From positions 15,646 to 79,645 of the IMG/VR virus record IMGVR_UViG_3300037454_000603: 64,000 nucleotides of DNA. One strand, given 5' to 3'. The stretch comes from a virus. Lineage: Duplodnaviria; Heunggongvirae; Uroviricota; Caudoviricetes. This document shows, piece by piece, positions 39,964 through 49,447 of this stretch (positions within the stretch are counted from its first letter, which is position 1; the number at the start of each line of letters is the position of its first letter). The position numbers and the translations under genes were made by a program. Below the pieces are notes generated by a model that was not told the DNA's origin, did no database searches, and was given only the letters and a program-made list of their open reading frames with translations.

Positions 39964-40031
39964 ATATTGCTAATATAATTATTAGCAACATCATTGAAAA
40001 GAAAGGTCAAAAATGGCAGTATTTGACCTAA

Positions 40032-40104
40032 TGACCGTACGCGGGCTTGAACCGCGAATCTTCGCCTTGAAGGGGCGACGTGTTAGCCAGTTCCACTATA
40101 CGGC
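40032..40104 (-). tRNA. tRNA-Glu (UUC), second copy, loop CCTTCAA
   Basis: Acceptor GGCCGTA/TACGGTC; anticodon stem TCGCC/GGCGA. Confidence 0.65.
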
Positions 40105-40260
40105 CTTACATACAAGACAGCTTGAAACTCCAGAGGAGTGTGAAGGGTTTGAACCTTCTAAAAATTTTTTTACAGAAAAACTTTATTAACCAGAAAATGA
40201 GTTGCTGAAACTGTCTTTTTTAATTTTCTAAATAAATTATAACAAAATTTTTAAGAAAAA

Positions 40261-41040
40261 TCAAATTTTTTTCCAATCTTCTTCAGTATAATGCTCTATA
40301 TCTGCTTTTCTATAAGGAAGATTTTCATTTTTACACCATTTGCGAATTGCATTATCTGTAACTCCAAACATTTCTCCAATTTTAGTAAAAGGCAAAGTTT
40401 TAATTAATTGTTTTAACTCTTCTCGATTAGGTCGATTTACTTTACGATTTTTTAATCTATTACATTTATCACATCTAGTAGAACCAAACAATATTTTAGT
40501 ACCACAATCAATACAATACGTATCTGGATTTTTAATTTTCTTAAAATATTCTTCTTTTTCTCTTAATGGATACTGTAAAATATCTTTCACCCAACTCTTA
40601 CCAGTATTAATATTAGATATTAAAGACTAATCGACTTGATACTTCTGTGCTAAATCATTCTATGAAATTTCAGTATAAAGTAAAGCCTTGATTATTTCAT
40701 CGACCTATACCTCATTTAATTTCAAAGGATGTGGAGTATTGCCTCCGTCATCCTAATTATAACCATAGTCATTATCATTGGAATGATAATAACTAATCCA
40801 ATATTTTTCTCTATCATTCAATTCTTCAATAAAACAACTTTCAATTATCTCAAATCGAAAATTCTCTATTCCATATTTTCTTATTGCCCTATATAGTGGA
40901 TAATTATAGCCCTTATTGTTTGGATTATGGGCAGCACATTTATGATTTTGCCATCGTTTTTTAATATTTCTACTCTACCCAATATAAATTTTTCCATTAA
41001 TTAAATTAGTAATTTTATAAATTCCTATTTCTACATTCAT
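40261..41040 (-). CDS. GIY-YIG homing endonuclease (MNVEIGIYKITNLINGKIYIG-TAG-S) with a zinc ribbon and the HTH tail. In-frame TAG codons.
   Basis: ORF 40261-40590 is its C-terminus; terminator hairpin at 41090-41112. Confidence 0.65.
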
Positions 41041-41147
41041 ATAATCGTCTCCTACAAATTATTTCCTACAACAATATAATATACAAAAGGAAGAGGGTAG
41101 GAGCCTCTTATCATAGAGTGATCAAATTCTACTATCCTTTTGTATTT

Positions 41148-41216
41148 ATGTCACAAGATAGAATCGAACTATCTTAAAATGCTTATGAAGCATTTTTCTT
41201 ATCCATAAGTTGTGAC
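41148..41216 (-). tRNA. tRNA with anticodon CAU (Met, or lysidine-modified Ile) and a reduced D-loop
   Basis: Acceptor GTCACAA/TTGTGAC; anticodon stem AATGC/GCATT; loop TTCATAA; T-arm GATAG-TTCGATT-CTATC. Confidence 0.55.
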
Positions 41217-41380
41217 ATACCGCCTTATTTCATACTACGGAGACGGTGCCGCGAAATATTTACTTTTCAAATATTTAAAGTCAATCAGTTTAGCCTTCGC
41301 TGATAGCCAAGCTTAGACCGCTTTCTTTTGCGACGCCCTAGCTACTCGTCGTTTGATTCGTGCACAATCAAGAACCGCAT

Positions 41381-41650
41381 TTTTAACTTCTAAGATAAGG
41401 ACTCCTGCCGCGGCACCGTCCGACTTATGTTTTTAACTTTGAGGATAAGGACTAGCACGTAGCTTATTGTCCGACCTTTAATCTAGAACTTTTTAACTTT
41501 AAGGGATAAGGGCTCTTCTAGTTCGCCCGACCTCTTCTAATTAAGTGCGCTTTTAACTTACGATAAGGTGCGCTATCCGACGGAAACCTTTTGTTAACTT
41601 TTATAGAGGATAAGGGACTAACTCGGCTCTAGATCTTCTGTCCCGACCTA
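41381..41650 (+). repeat. Tandem array of five ~50-60-bp diverged repeats. Each is TTTTAACTT, a few nt, RGGATAAGG, then a hairpin with a co-varying stem (GGAC/GTCC, GGGC/GCCC, GGGAC/GTCCC) and a variable loop, then GACC.
   Basis: Seen in the sequence; compensatory stem changes point to a structural RNA or DNA element. Confidence 0.55.
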
Positions 41651-41666
41651 TTACAATAGGAGGTGA

Positions 41667-41774
41667 TACTCTTATGAAAAAGAGTTTTCAAGATACTTTT
41701 ACTTTTTTAAATTTTAAAATCTTTTCAAAAAATCTACTTATTTTAATATCTAAAATTGCTGTAAGTATCTTTTA
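41667..41774 (+). CDS. Plus-strand 35-aa hydrophobic peptide MKKSFQDTFTFLNFKIFSKNLLILISKIAVSIF. Has a strong RBS (AGGAGGTGA). Resembles type-I toxin or holin-like small membrane peptides.
   Basis: ORF directly downstream of the repeat array on the same strand. Confidence 0.4.
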
Positions 41775-41775
41775 G

Positions 41776-41857
41776 TGGGAGAGGAAGGACTCGAACCTTC
41801 GAAGACCGAAGCCACGTGGTCTACAGCCACGCGCAATTGCCGCTATGCGACTCTCCC
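41776..41857 (-). tRNA. tRNA-Tyr (GUA), type II
   Basis: Acceptor GGGAGAG/CTCTCCC; anticodon stem CGTGG/CCACG; loop CTGTAGA. Confidence 0.7.
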
Positions 41858-42141
41858 ATTATTTTATATATATTCTAACCAAGAATATAAATGTTATAAC
41901 CCCACTCCTAGGTTTTATTTTATACGCTCCTATCCCCAGAATAGGTGGCATACAATACCTAAGTCCAAAAGTACCATAGAATTACATCGCGCCGCGACCA
42001 CTATGATATTTCTACTTGTTATAACTTCCCAAGTTTATCTTTAATTAAACCCCTTTCTTTTTAAGGACAAGACACTATTTAAATACAATCAGTTCCCAAA
42101 ACAGATGTTATTTAATAGCTGTAAGTGTCTTTGATGAATGG

Positions 42142-42216
42142 TTTCAGCGGAAGGATTTGAACCTTCGGTGTCCTGTTTTAGAGACAGGTGCGTTAAACCC
42201 ACTTCGCCACGCTGAA
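42142..42216 (-). tRNA. Second amber suppressor tRNA, anticodon CUA (loop CTCTAAA), U1-A72. Its sequence differs from copy 1.
   Basis: Acceptor TTCAGCG/CGCTGAA; anticodon stem CCTGT/ACAGG; T-arm GAAGG-TTCAAAT-CCTTC. Confidence 0.8.
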
Positions 42217-42364
42217 ATATAATCAAGATAAAATATTTAAGTCATTTTCATTTTCTATATTAATTATAGCAAAAATTTTCTTAAAAATCAAATTTTTAAC
42301 TTTTAACTTTTATAGAAAAGAGGTAAGTGTTTTAAGTGTTATCGCTTCACTATGAATAAATTGG

Positions 42365-42456
42365 CGACATTGACTGGACTTGAACCAGCACACCGATATA
42401 ATCGGCTACTCAGAGGTTAGCAACCTCCTGCCTTACCAAGTTAGGCTTACAATACC
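42365..42456 (-). tRNA. tRNA-Ser (GCU), type II
   Basis: Anticodon stem GGAGG/CCTCT; loop TTGCTAA; variable arm CCGAT/ATCGG; discriminator G. Confidence 0.6.
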
Positions 42457-42460
42457 ATAA

Positions 42461-42534
42461 TAGACGTAGTGAGACTCGAACTCACGCTCCCCGACTTAAA
42501 AGGTCGGTGCTTTCACCAACTAAGCTACACGTCC
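42461..42534 (-). tRNA. tRNA-Lys (UUU)
   Basis: D-stem GCTT/AAGC; anticodon stem CCGAC/GTCGG; loop CTTTTAA. Confidence 0.7.
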
Positions 42535-42686
42535 ATATTTAAACCATTTGGCGGTCCGTCGCAATCCCGCAAAACTTACATGGAGTTACACAACCTTAAT
42601 AACGGAGTTGGTTCTCCGAGTGTTCCATTTACTAAGCCCTTATTGTCTTGGCAACTTTACTAATCTTTGTTCACAAATGGTTTAAG

Positions 42687-42777
42687 TGCTCCCTCCGAGA
42701 CTCGAACTCGGACACCTTTCGATACCTGTTCTTGAGACAGGCGCGTCTGCCATTTCGCCAAGGGAGCATTTGATTGG
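42687..42777 (-). tRNA. tRNA-Leu (CAA), type II
   Basis: Acceptor GCTCCCT/AGGGAGC; loop CTCAAGA; long variable arm. Confidence 0.7.
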
Positions 42778-42782
42778 GCGAC

Positions 42783-42866
42783 TGAGATTCGAACTCAGGA
42801 CAGGTTTCCCATGCGCGGGTCAAAGCCGCGTGTGTTCAGCCACTTCACCACCGCCCAGTTTTTTTG
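42783..42866 (-). tRNA. Type-II tRNA with anticodon UUG and U1-A72 (a Gln anticodon on a long-variable-arm body)
   Basis: Anticodon stem CGCGG/CCGCG; loop CTTTGAC; 15-nt variable arm. Confidence 0.5.
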
Positions 42867-43157
42867 ATTTCTCTTAACTTTTCTATAATAATTATATCAA
42901 AATTTTTAAGAAAAATCAAATTTTTAATTTTCATTTTCTAATAAAGAAGTAATATATTCTTTTGTTAATCTAATAAAATGCTAATCCCTAAATTGATTTT
43001 CTAAATAACTTTTCCAACACTCATCACAAAGTATTGTATCCTAATCTTCTGTCAAAAATAATCGACTACAATTCGGACAAACTATTTCAAAATCATCTAT
43101 AAATTGTTTTCTCTCTCTCATTTTCTATAATAATTGTATCATAAAATTTGAAAAAAT

Positions 43158-43622
43158 TCAAATTTTTGATTTATCAAATTCCTCCAAAATATATCCATTA
43201 TCTTCGAACCAATTCTGTAGTGGTATCCTTTCACTACAAGGATTCTTAGGCGTTTCAAAAACAATTAAAACACAAACAGGTTCTTCTTCAAAATTTTCAA
43301 AATCTTTAACTTTTTGACCAAGTTTTTCAAATTTCTCCATTATAGAAGCAAAATTTAACTTGTCAAGTTGTTTCCGATAAGCTTGAAGAAAATCACAATA
43401 AGAACCAATTTTTTGACAACCATTGGGCCCGCGGCACAGTCCTGCAAGTTCAAGACCTGGAATAAATTCTGCCGCTTCAATGCCATTCCAAACACCATTC
43501 TTATCTTTAAACTGATGACCATTTTGTTTAAAATACTTAGGAGGCCATGCAGCGGTACTAATGGGAATAAAATTATGTTTAAAATTTCTAATTTGATAAA
43601 AGTAAGAAATTAAAATTTTCAA
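43158..43622 (-). CDS. Hypothetical protein (154 aa)
   Basis: Intact ORF; promoter module at 43120-43170. Confidence 0.5.
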   Translation of the reverse strand: MKILISYFYQIRNFKHNFIPISTAAWPPKYFKQNGHQFKDKNGVWNGIEAAEFIPGLELAGLCRGPNGCQKIGSYCDFLQAYRKQLDKLNFASIMEKFEKLGQKVKDFENFEEEPVCVLIVFETPKNPCSERIPLQNWFEDNGYILEEFDKSKI

Positions 43623-45156
43623 AATTAAATTCTCCCTTCAAGTTCCTCTTTTAATCTTTCTGTAATATCTTTTCGTTCTCCACTGTAAGGATTATATTGT
43701 TCCAATTTATAATCCTCAATCTTCCATTTTTCTACGTCACTTACTGCATGACAAATCCAGCGATAAACGCACTTAATTTTATCACCTTTTGAGTGAAAAA
43801 TCGTATCTACACCAAGAGTCCCCGTTAAAATATAGTGAGTATGCTCTTCTGGTCTCCAATCATCCTACATTTTAGTCCTCCTTCTGCTTAAAAATCCAAG
43901 CTCTATCTCCTGTCTGAAGGACATAGAGAACACCAAACTGGAAATTTTTAGGGGCAGAATTTACAACCTGAACTTTTCGCTCTGTTCCATAAAGTGATGA
44001 AACAAGGTCTTTCCCCTTCACCTTATCATAAATTTCATTTGTAATTTTAAGTGAAGTTTGATTATTTTCTTCTCCAACTTTTTCAAACTCAGTTATTTTA
44101 AGCAAAACTCTTGACTTAAAAAGTCTTTCTTCTCCCATTATCATCACTCCTTTGATATATTATTCTCATTCTTGATAAAGAACTCATCTCCTGCAAAATA
44201 AGTATCTATAAAAATTCCATTTTTGTAGAAATCTATTGCATACTTCATTGATGGTTCACGATAGTCACTTATATTTGCTATTATACAATTGTAAGAATTT
44301 TCTTTTACACACAAAGTAAACTTATCTCCAACTTTCAATTATATCAATCCTTTCTTTTAATATAAGTATATCACTATTTTTTAAAAAAATCAAATCTTCA
44401 AGTTTAGAAGAGCCGTGGCAGACAAAACAGGCAATTTCATAGTCCAAGTTCCAAGTTTCTCTATAATCAAAGCCATATTTTTCTTAAATTTTTGCTAGTT
44501 TTATCTTCTTCATGCTGATATTCTTTTTCTTTAGTTAATAAAGCCAATCTTTTCCATTCTTTCATTTTAAGACTCTCCCTTATTTCTTTTATTATATTAT
44601 ACTAAAAATTTTTAAAAAAGTCAAAATAAAAGACTCCAAGTAAAACTTGAAGTCTTTCTTCAATTATAGTCCAGGATCTGCCTCTTCTTCCTCAACAACA
44701 TAAGTATCATCATTCTAAGACTGAGTCCAAGCTCCAAAAATCTCCTATTTAGCAATTCCAGTATTTGCTCGCCAAGCATCAGCACCGTTACCAGTCTTAA
44801 AATTGTTGGAAACCATATAAGTTTTAAGATTTTCAAACTTAGGTTGTTCATAACCATACTCTTGATTTTCCTTGGTAGCTTTCATTATAATAGGTTCAAT
44901 AAACATAATATCCCTCCTAGCCTTATAGCTATATTTTTATATTCTAATCTCTAACAACTGTATCCGCATCTTTCTTCTTTTCAATAAGTTGACCAAATTT
45001 ATCAACCTAAAGACTATCTGGAGGCGTACAATAAATAGGTCTCCAGAAATACATTTCATAATACTCGTCCCAAACCCAAGTATTAATTAGTTCTTTATCT
45101 TCCATTTAATTCGCCTCCATTAGAAAGAAAAGGAGACGTTGCCGCCTCCTTCTCAA

Positions 45157-45660
45157 TTACTCTTCAACAAGCTTGTCTGAAAGGTCTTTAATCTCATCTT
45201 TAACTTTTTCTAACTCTGCCTTGAGAATTTCAACAATTGTCGCAATGGACTCATCAGTAATTTCTGTCTCAGGGTCTTCTGGGTCTTTTTTCTTTAAAGA
45301 ACCTAAGTTATAGCTCGCTGCAGAACTTTTAATTATTGTAGATTTATTTTTATCTTCAATATTTTCAATTAAAGTTCTAAGAGTTGCTGCTTGCTTAGAA
45401 AGCTTGCAAATTTGCTTTTCAGTTTCATTCTGCTTAATAGCCTCTTGTTCCTCGACGGGAGGATAGGGGTATCTAGGTGGAGGAGGAGGCACTAACCAAG
45501 CATAAGGAGGATAAGGAGGTGGAGGAGGTGGAATAAAATAACAATCATCTTTACCATCCTTATCATGATGTTTATGATGACAACCACAATCTTCTCCATA
45601 ACTAGATCCTGTTTGATACTGAGCTAGGTCTGAATTATAAACAAGGTCGTTTATAGGCAT
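45157..45660 (-). CDS. Proline-rich protein (PPPPPPYPPY ... PPPPPRYPYPP) with a coiled-coil C-terminus
   Basis: Intact ORF. Confidence 0.5.
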   Translation of the reverse strand: MPINDLVYNSDLAQYQTGSSYGEDCGCHHKHHDKDGKDDCYFIPPPPPPYPPYAWLVPPPPPRYPYPPVEEQEAIKQNETEKQICKLSKQAATLRTLIENIEDKNKSTIIKSSAASYNLGSLKKKDPEDPETEITDESIATIVEILKAELEKVKDEIKDLSDKLVEE

Positions 45661-45807
45661 ACATTATCACCTCTTTTAAAATATTTTAATAAGAGTACCA
45701 ACCTCTTATTCTAACAAAAAGTCTTTTTTACTATCTTTTCCTCTAACTTTTTCTAAATAGAAGAGCCGCGAGTCCAATTTTCTGGACTGGCGGCTCGGTG
45801 TTATTTA

Positions 45808-46500
45808 TCAGTGTGCGCTTGTATCAAATTCATCTACATATTTCCAATAATATCCTTTATATAACTATCCGTCATTAAAATGATGTTTTAGAATTGTACC
45901 TTTTAATCCTAAAGAAGAGGCCGCTTGTCTATTTGAAGAAAAAGTATTTATTAAATTCCAATCTTTATCATATTGTAATACTGTTTTACCTTTTCCTCCG
46001 CTAGTATGCGGTTCAATTCTATTTACAGGTCTATTATCATCTGAAAATCTCCACTAATAATTTCCTGCACTGTAACATCCGCCTCTTGCTGCTCTCTAAA
46101 TATTAGCATTTTCAATACCTGTTTTTGCCGAAGCTTCTCCACAAGATTTAAATTCTGCAACAAAATTTCCCTCTAAATTATACTATTTTATAGGTCTAGC
46201 ATTAAAAGAAGTACCATTTCCTTCTCCTTTTCCTTCCGTCATGTTATATCCATTTTTATAACTATCATAATATGATATCCAATATGCTTCTCTTAATATT
46301 AAATCTTCTTCTGGGCACTCTTCAATAACTTCAATATTAAAATTATCAATGCCATATTTACGCATAGCAAAATATAGATGAGTATTCTTATTCTAATAAG
46401 AAGATTTATGTTCTTTCCAACGGTGTTCTATATTATATCTAGTCATTCCGATATAAAGTTTGTTATTTATTATATTTGATATCTTATAAATATATCCCAT
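45808..46500 (-). CDS. GIY-YIG homing endonuclease (MGYIYKISNIINNKLYIG...HRWKEH) with C-terminal NUMOD-like repeats. Five in-frame TAG codons. Ends with TGA.
   Basis: Hand translation; ORF 46183-46365 is an internal piece. Confidence 0.65.
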
Positions 46501-46528
46501 TTTCAAAACTCAACTCCTTTATTACAAT

Positions 46529-46831
46529 TTAATTCTCCTTTAGAAATTTCTCTAATTTGTTCCATTCTTCATTTAAGATTTTAATAACTTCCAAGCCCTC
46601 TTTTTCTTCTTTCCAAATTGGTAAACAATAACCAGTCTTTCCTCTTAATTTCGCACCGCGAGACCGACAAAAAATTAAGAAATCGTTATATTTTAGTCCC
46701 AAAAGTCGCGCCGCGAGTACATAATATGAACTGGTATAATTCTCTCCAAGATTTTTTATCGCTCCGTGCCCAATAAAAGCAATTCTATAATATTTTTCAT
46801 CAGCGGTTTTACAAAGCTCAAAACCTTTCAT
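46529..46831 (-). CDS. Hypothetical protein
   Basis: Intact ORF. Confidence 0.45.
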   Translation of the reverse strand: MKGFELCKTADEKYYRIAFIGHGAIKNLGENYTSSYYVLAARLLGLKYNDFLIFCRSRGAKLRGKTGYCLPIWKEEKEGLEVIKILNEEWNKLEKFLKEN

Positions 46832-47151
46832 ATATTAACCCCTTTCTGAATTTCTGCCATTTTCTTCCATTCTTTTTGTGTAAGATTACAAATTTTACAA
46901 AGGGCGGCATGATAATCTCCATTAGAGTTAATTCTTTGAATTTGTTTTATAAAATGTTCTGCGCCACGAATTGGCTTATTAAAATCAATTTTTTCTTCTA
47001 TTTCTGGCTCGATTTTAAAATCAGGAATTATATACTTTGAAACAGTTGAAGGACTAACACCAACAATTTCAGCAACTCTTTTCTTAACTCCTAATTCAAG
47101 ATAAAGTTTATTTATTTGAATAATAGTATCTTCATCTATTTTTCTTCCCAT
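46828..47151 (-). CDS. HTH DNA-binding protein (ELGVKKRVAEIVGVSPSTVSKY)
   Basis: HTH motif in an intact ORF. Confidence 0.5.
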   Translation of the reverse strand: MGRKIDEDTIIQINKLYLELGVKKRVAEIVGVSPSTVSKYIIPDFKIEPEIEEKIDFNKPIRGAEHFIKQIQRINSNGDYHAALCKICNLTQKEWKKMAEIQKGVNI

Positions 47152-47153
47152 TT

Positions 47154-47441
47154 TTATCCTTCCTTCATAACTTTAAGTAATATCTCCTGAAGTTCATTTT
47201 TATCCATATAAATTGTTTTAATACCATTTTTAATGCTAGGATTCATAAGAAAAATTTGTCTATCTCTAAAATAAGTTCCTTTGTATTTATCCTTTAGAAG
47301 AATCGCAAGCCCAGGAGTTACATTAATGAGCTTATAGCCTTTATTCGCCCCAAGAATATTACAAAGCTTTGAAAACAAATATTCACATTCTTTATCTTCT
47401 ATTGTTGGTTTTTCTATTCTAAATAAATCCCAAAAACTCAT
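47154..47441 (-). CDS. Hypothetical protein
   Basis: Intact ORF; promoter module at 47460-47500. Confidence 0.45.
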   Translation of the reverse strand: MSFWDLFRIEKPTIEDKECEYLFSKLCNILGANKGYKLINVTPGLAILLKDKYKGTYFRDRQIFLMNPSIKNGIKTIYMDKNELQEILLKVMKEG

Positions 47442-48141
47442 AATTTTCCCTCCTTTATATATTAATTATATCATAAAAAATTAAAAAAGTCAACTAAAAA
47501 GTTGACCTTTAAAATATTAATTATTCCATTTCCCAATATATGCCTATATAATTATCGAATTCCTTAGTTTTATCATTATAGACCTTCAAGACCTCATTGT
47601 TTATAATACGAAAACTATAAGGAGTACATCGCAATTTTTTAGTCATTTTTTTAAACCATTCATCATAATCATAAAAGGAAGGAAAAACAGTATAATTCTT
47701 ATTCAATGACGATCCACCTTTCAATAGATGTATAAATATCTTTATCACATAGAACATAGGTTTCTGCCCATTCCGCTTGACTTAGAAGACAACCAAGCAT
47801 AGATTTAGCATTTACCTTGAATTGAGTACTTCCGTCAATAAGATAAACATCTGCATCTATCTTATCTATAATATTACAAAAATCTTTTACATCTGTAAGA
47901 GTATCAAGTCTAATCTTATTCTTCATTTTACATTACCTCACTTTTTTTTAAATAAATCTAAAAATATATCAAACCCCGCAATATTAAGTAGAAAAATAAT
48001 AAAAGCCAATATAATAATTTTCATACTTTTATCTCCTTTCTATAAAAATTATAACAAAAATTTTTATAAAAATCAATAATTCGCCGCGCTTCCATTTTTT
48101 ACCAATAAAAGTAAAATTCTGGTAGCGCGGCGCATAGTAAT

Positions 48142-48390
48142 TTAAAGAACCTCTTCAAAACCAAAAACACAATATCCTTCTTTTAATCCATATCCATTTA
48201 AAACATAATTAATTTGATAAAGTTTTTCATTAATTGGATATGTAACAGGAGTTAAATCTTCATAACAAACAAAACTAATATAGTCACCTTTTTGATATCC
48301 TCTGTCATTTTCTCGAACTTCAAATCTTTTACTACCTTCCATGATTGCTGCCGCAAAAGGTCGTTGAATTTTTATTGTATGTGTCATTTT
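48142..48390 (-). CDS. ASCH/DUF3850-like small protein (MTHTIKIQRPFAAAIMEGSKRFEVRENDRGYQKGD)
   Basis: Start assumed at the internal ATG within ORF 48142-48621. Confidence 0.45.
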   Translation of the reverse strand, partial: KMTHTIKIQRPFAAAIMEGSKRFEVRENDRGYQKGDYISFVCYEDLTPVTYPINEKLYQINYVLNGYGLKEGYCVFGFEEVL

Positions 48391-48703
48391 ATCCCACCCT
48401 TTGATTATATCCATATTCATCACTATGGTAGTATTTTGTCCAATATTTTTCTTTTTCTGTCTATTCTTCTTTTGGACAAACCTCAACAATTTCCCAAGTA
48501 AAATTTTCAAGTCCTTCGTTCCACATAGCATCATAAAGCTATCCTTTAATTCTTTCAATATTGCATCCACGTTTAGCATGTGTACGCCAACGAGATAGAA
48601 AAGAAGCAGATGTTTTTCCAATATAAACTTTTTGATTCTTAATATTGGTTATTTTATAAATACCACCGTTATCTTTGTCTCCACTTAAAACTCTTTTAAA
48701 CAT
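48366..48703 (-). CDS. Short GIY-YIG nuclease (GGIYKITNIKNQKVYIGKTS...RWRTHAKRGC). Two in-frame TAG codons. Apparently in frame with the upstream TAG-rich coiled-coil ORF.
   Basis: Hand translation; TAA stop overlapping the ASCH-like gene. Confidence 0.5.
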
Positions 48704-49447
48704 TTCTTCTATTCTAGTTTTATAATAAACATCATATATAAGCTTATAAATAACTTCCTATTTAGAAAAAGTTAAAGCTAAAGTTTTAAGTTTCTCAATA
48801 TCTGCCTTCTCTATATCATTAATCTAAACTCGATAAAAATCGGCTTGCTATTTTCTTTCTTCATCAAGCTTAAAGCGAGCAATTATCTCTTTCTATTTAC
48901 TCTCATATTCCTGAATCTCTTTATTTAGAGTTTCCCTTTGTTTGGATATTTGCTCGCTAAATATGAAAAAATCTTTATCAAGCTCCTCTTTTTTATCTTT
49001 ATAATTAGCCTTTAAATTTTCTAGTTCAGTCTAAAATTTTTTAGTTTCTTCTGAAATTTGCATAGTCTACTCTTGACTTCTACGCTGTGCCGCCGCCCTG
49101 TCCATTTCTTCCACCTATTGACGGCGGCGTAAATAATCTTGAGTTAATTCTTCAGTTTTTTGCTAAAAATTCTATTTTTCTTTGTTATAATTTCGGTTAA
49201 GTTGCTCAAGAGAACGACGAAGTTCTTCCTGTTTAATAAGATGTTCTTGGGTTAATTCCTTATCAAAAATATCTTTCTTTTCTTTTAGACCATTAAGAAC
49301 TTTACTTTGAGATTTTTTAAATTCCTTCTTTTCAACATCTCTTCCTCGTGCAACTAGACAAATATACATTGCCGCGGCACCAAGAAGAAAGCAAAGTATT
49401 ACAAGTAAAATTGTTACTACCATTCGGTTATTCCTCCTTCTTTTCAC
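48704..49447 (-). CDS. TM-anchored coiled-coil protein (MVVTILLVILCFLLGAAAMYI...) with at least eight in-frame TAG codons
   Basis: ORF 49172-49447 continues through TAG codons; the boundary with the downstream GIY-YIG gene is unresolved. Confidence 0.35.

Noticed and set aside
41381-41650. CRISPR array
   Set aside because: The repeat units are diverged, not identical. The variable parts are hairpin loops with co-varying stems rather than spacers. There are no cas genes.
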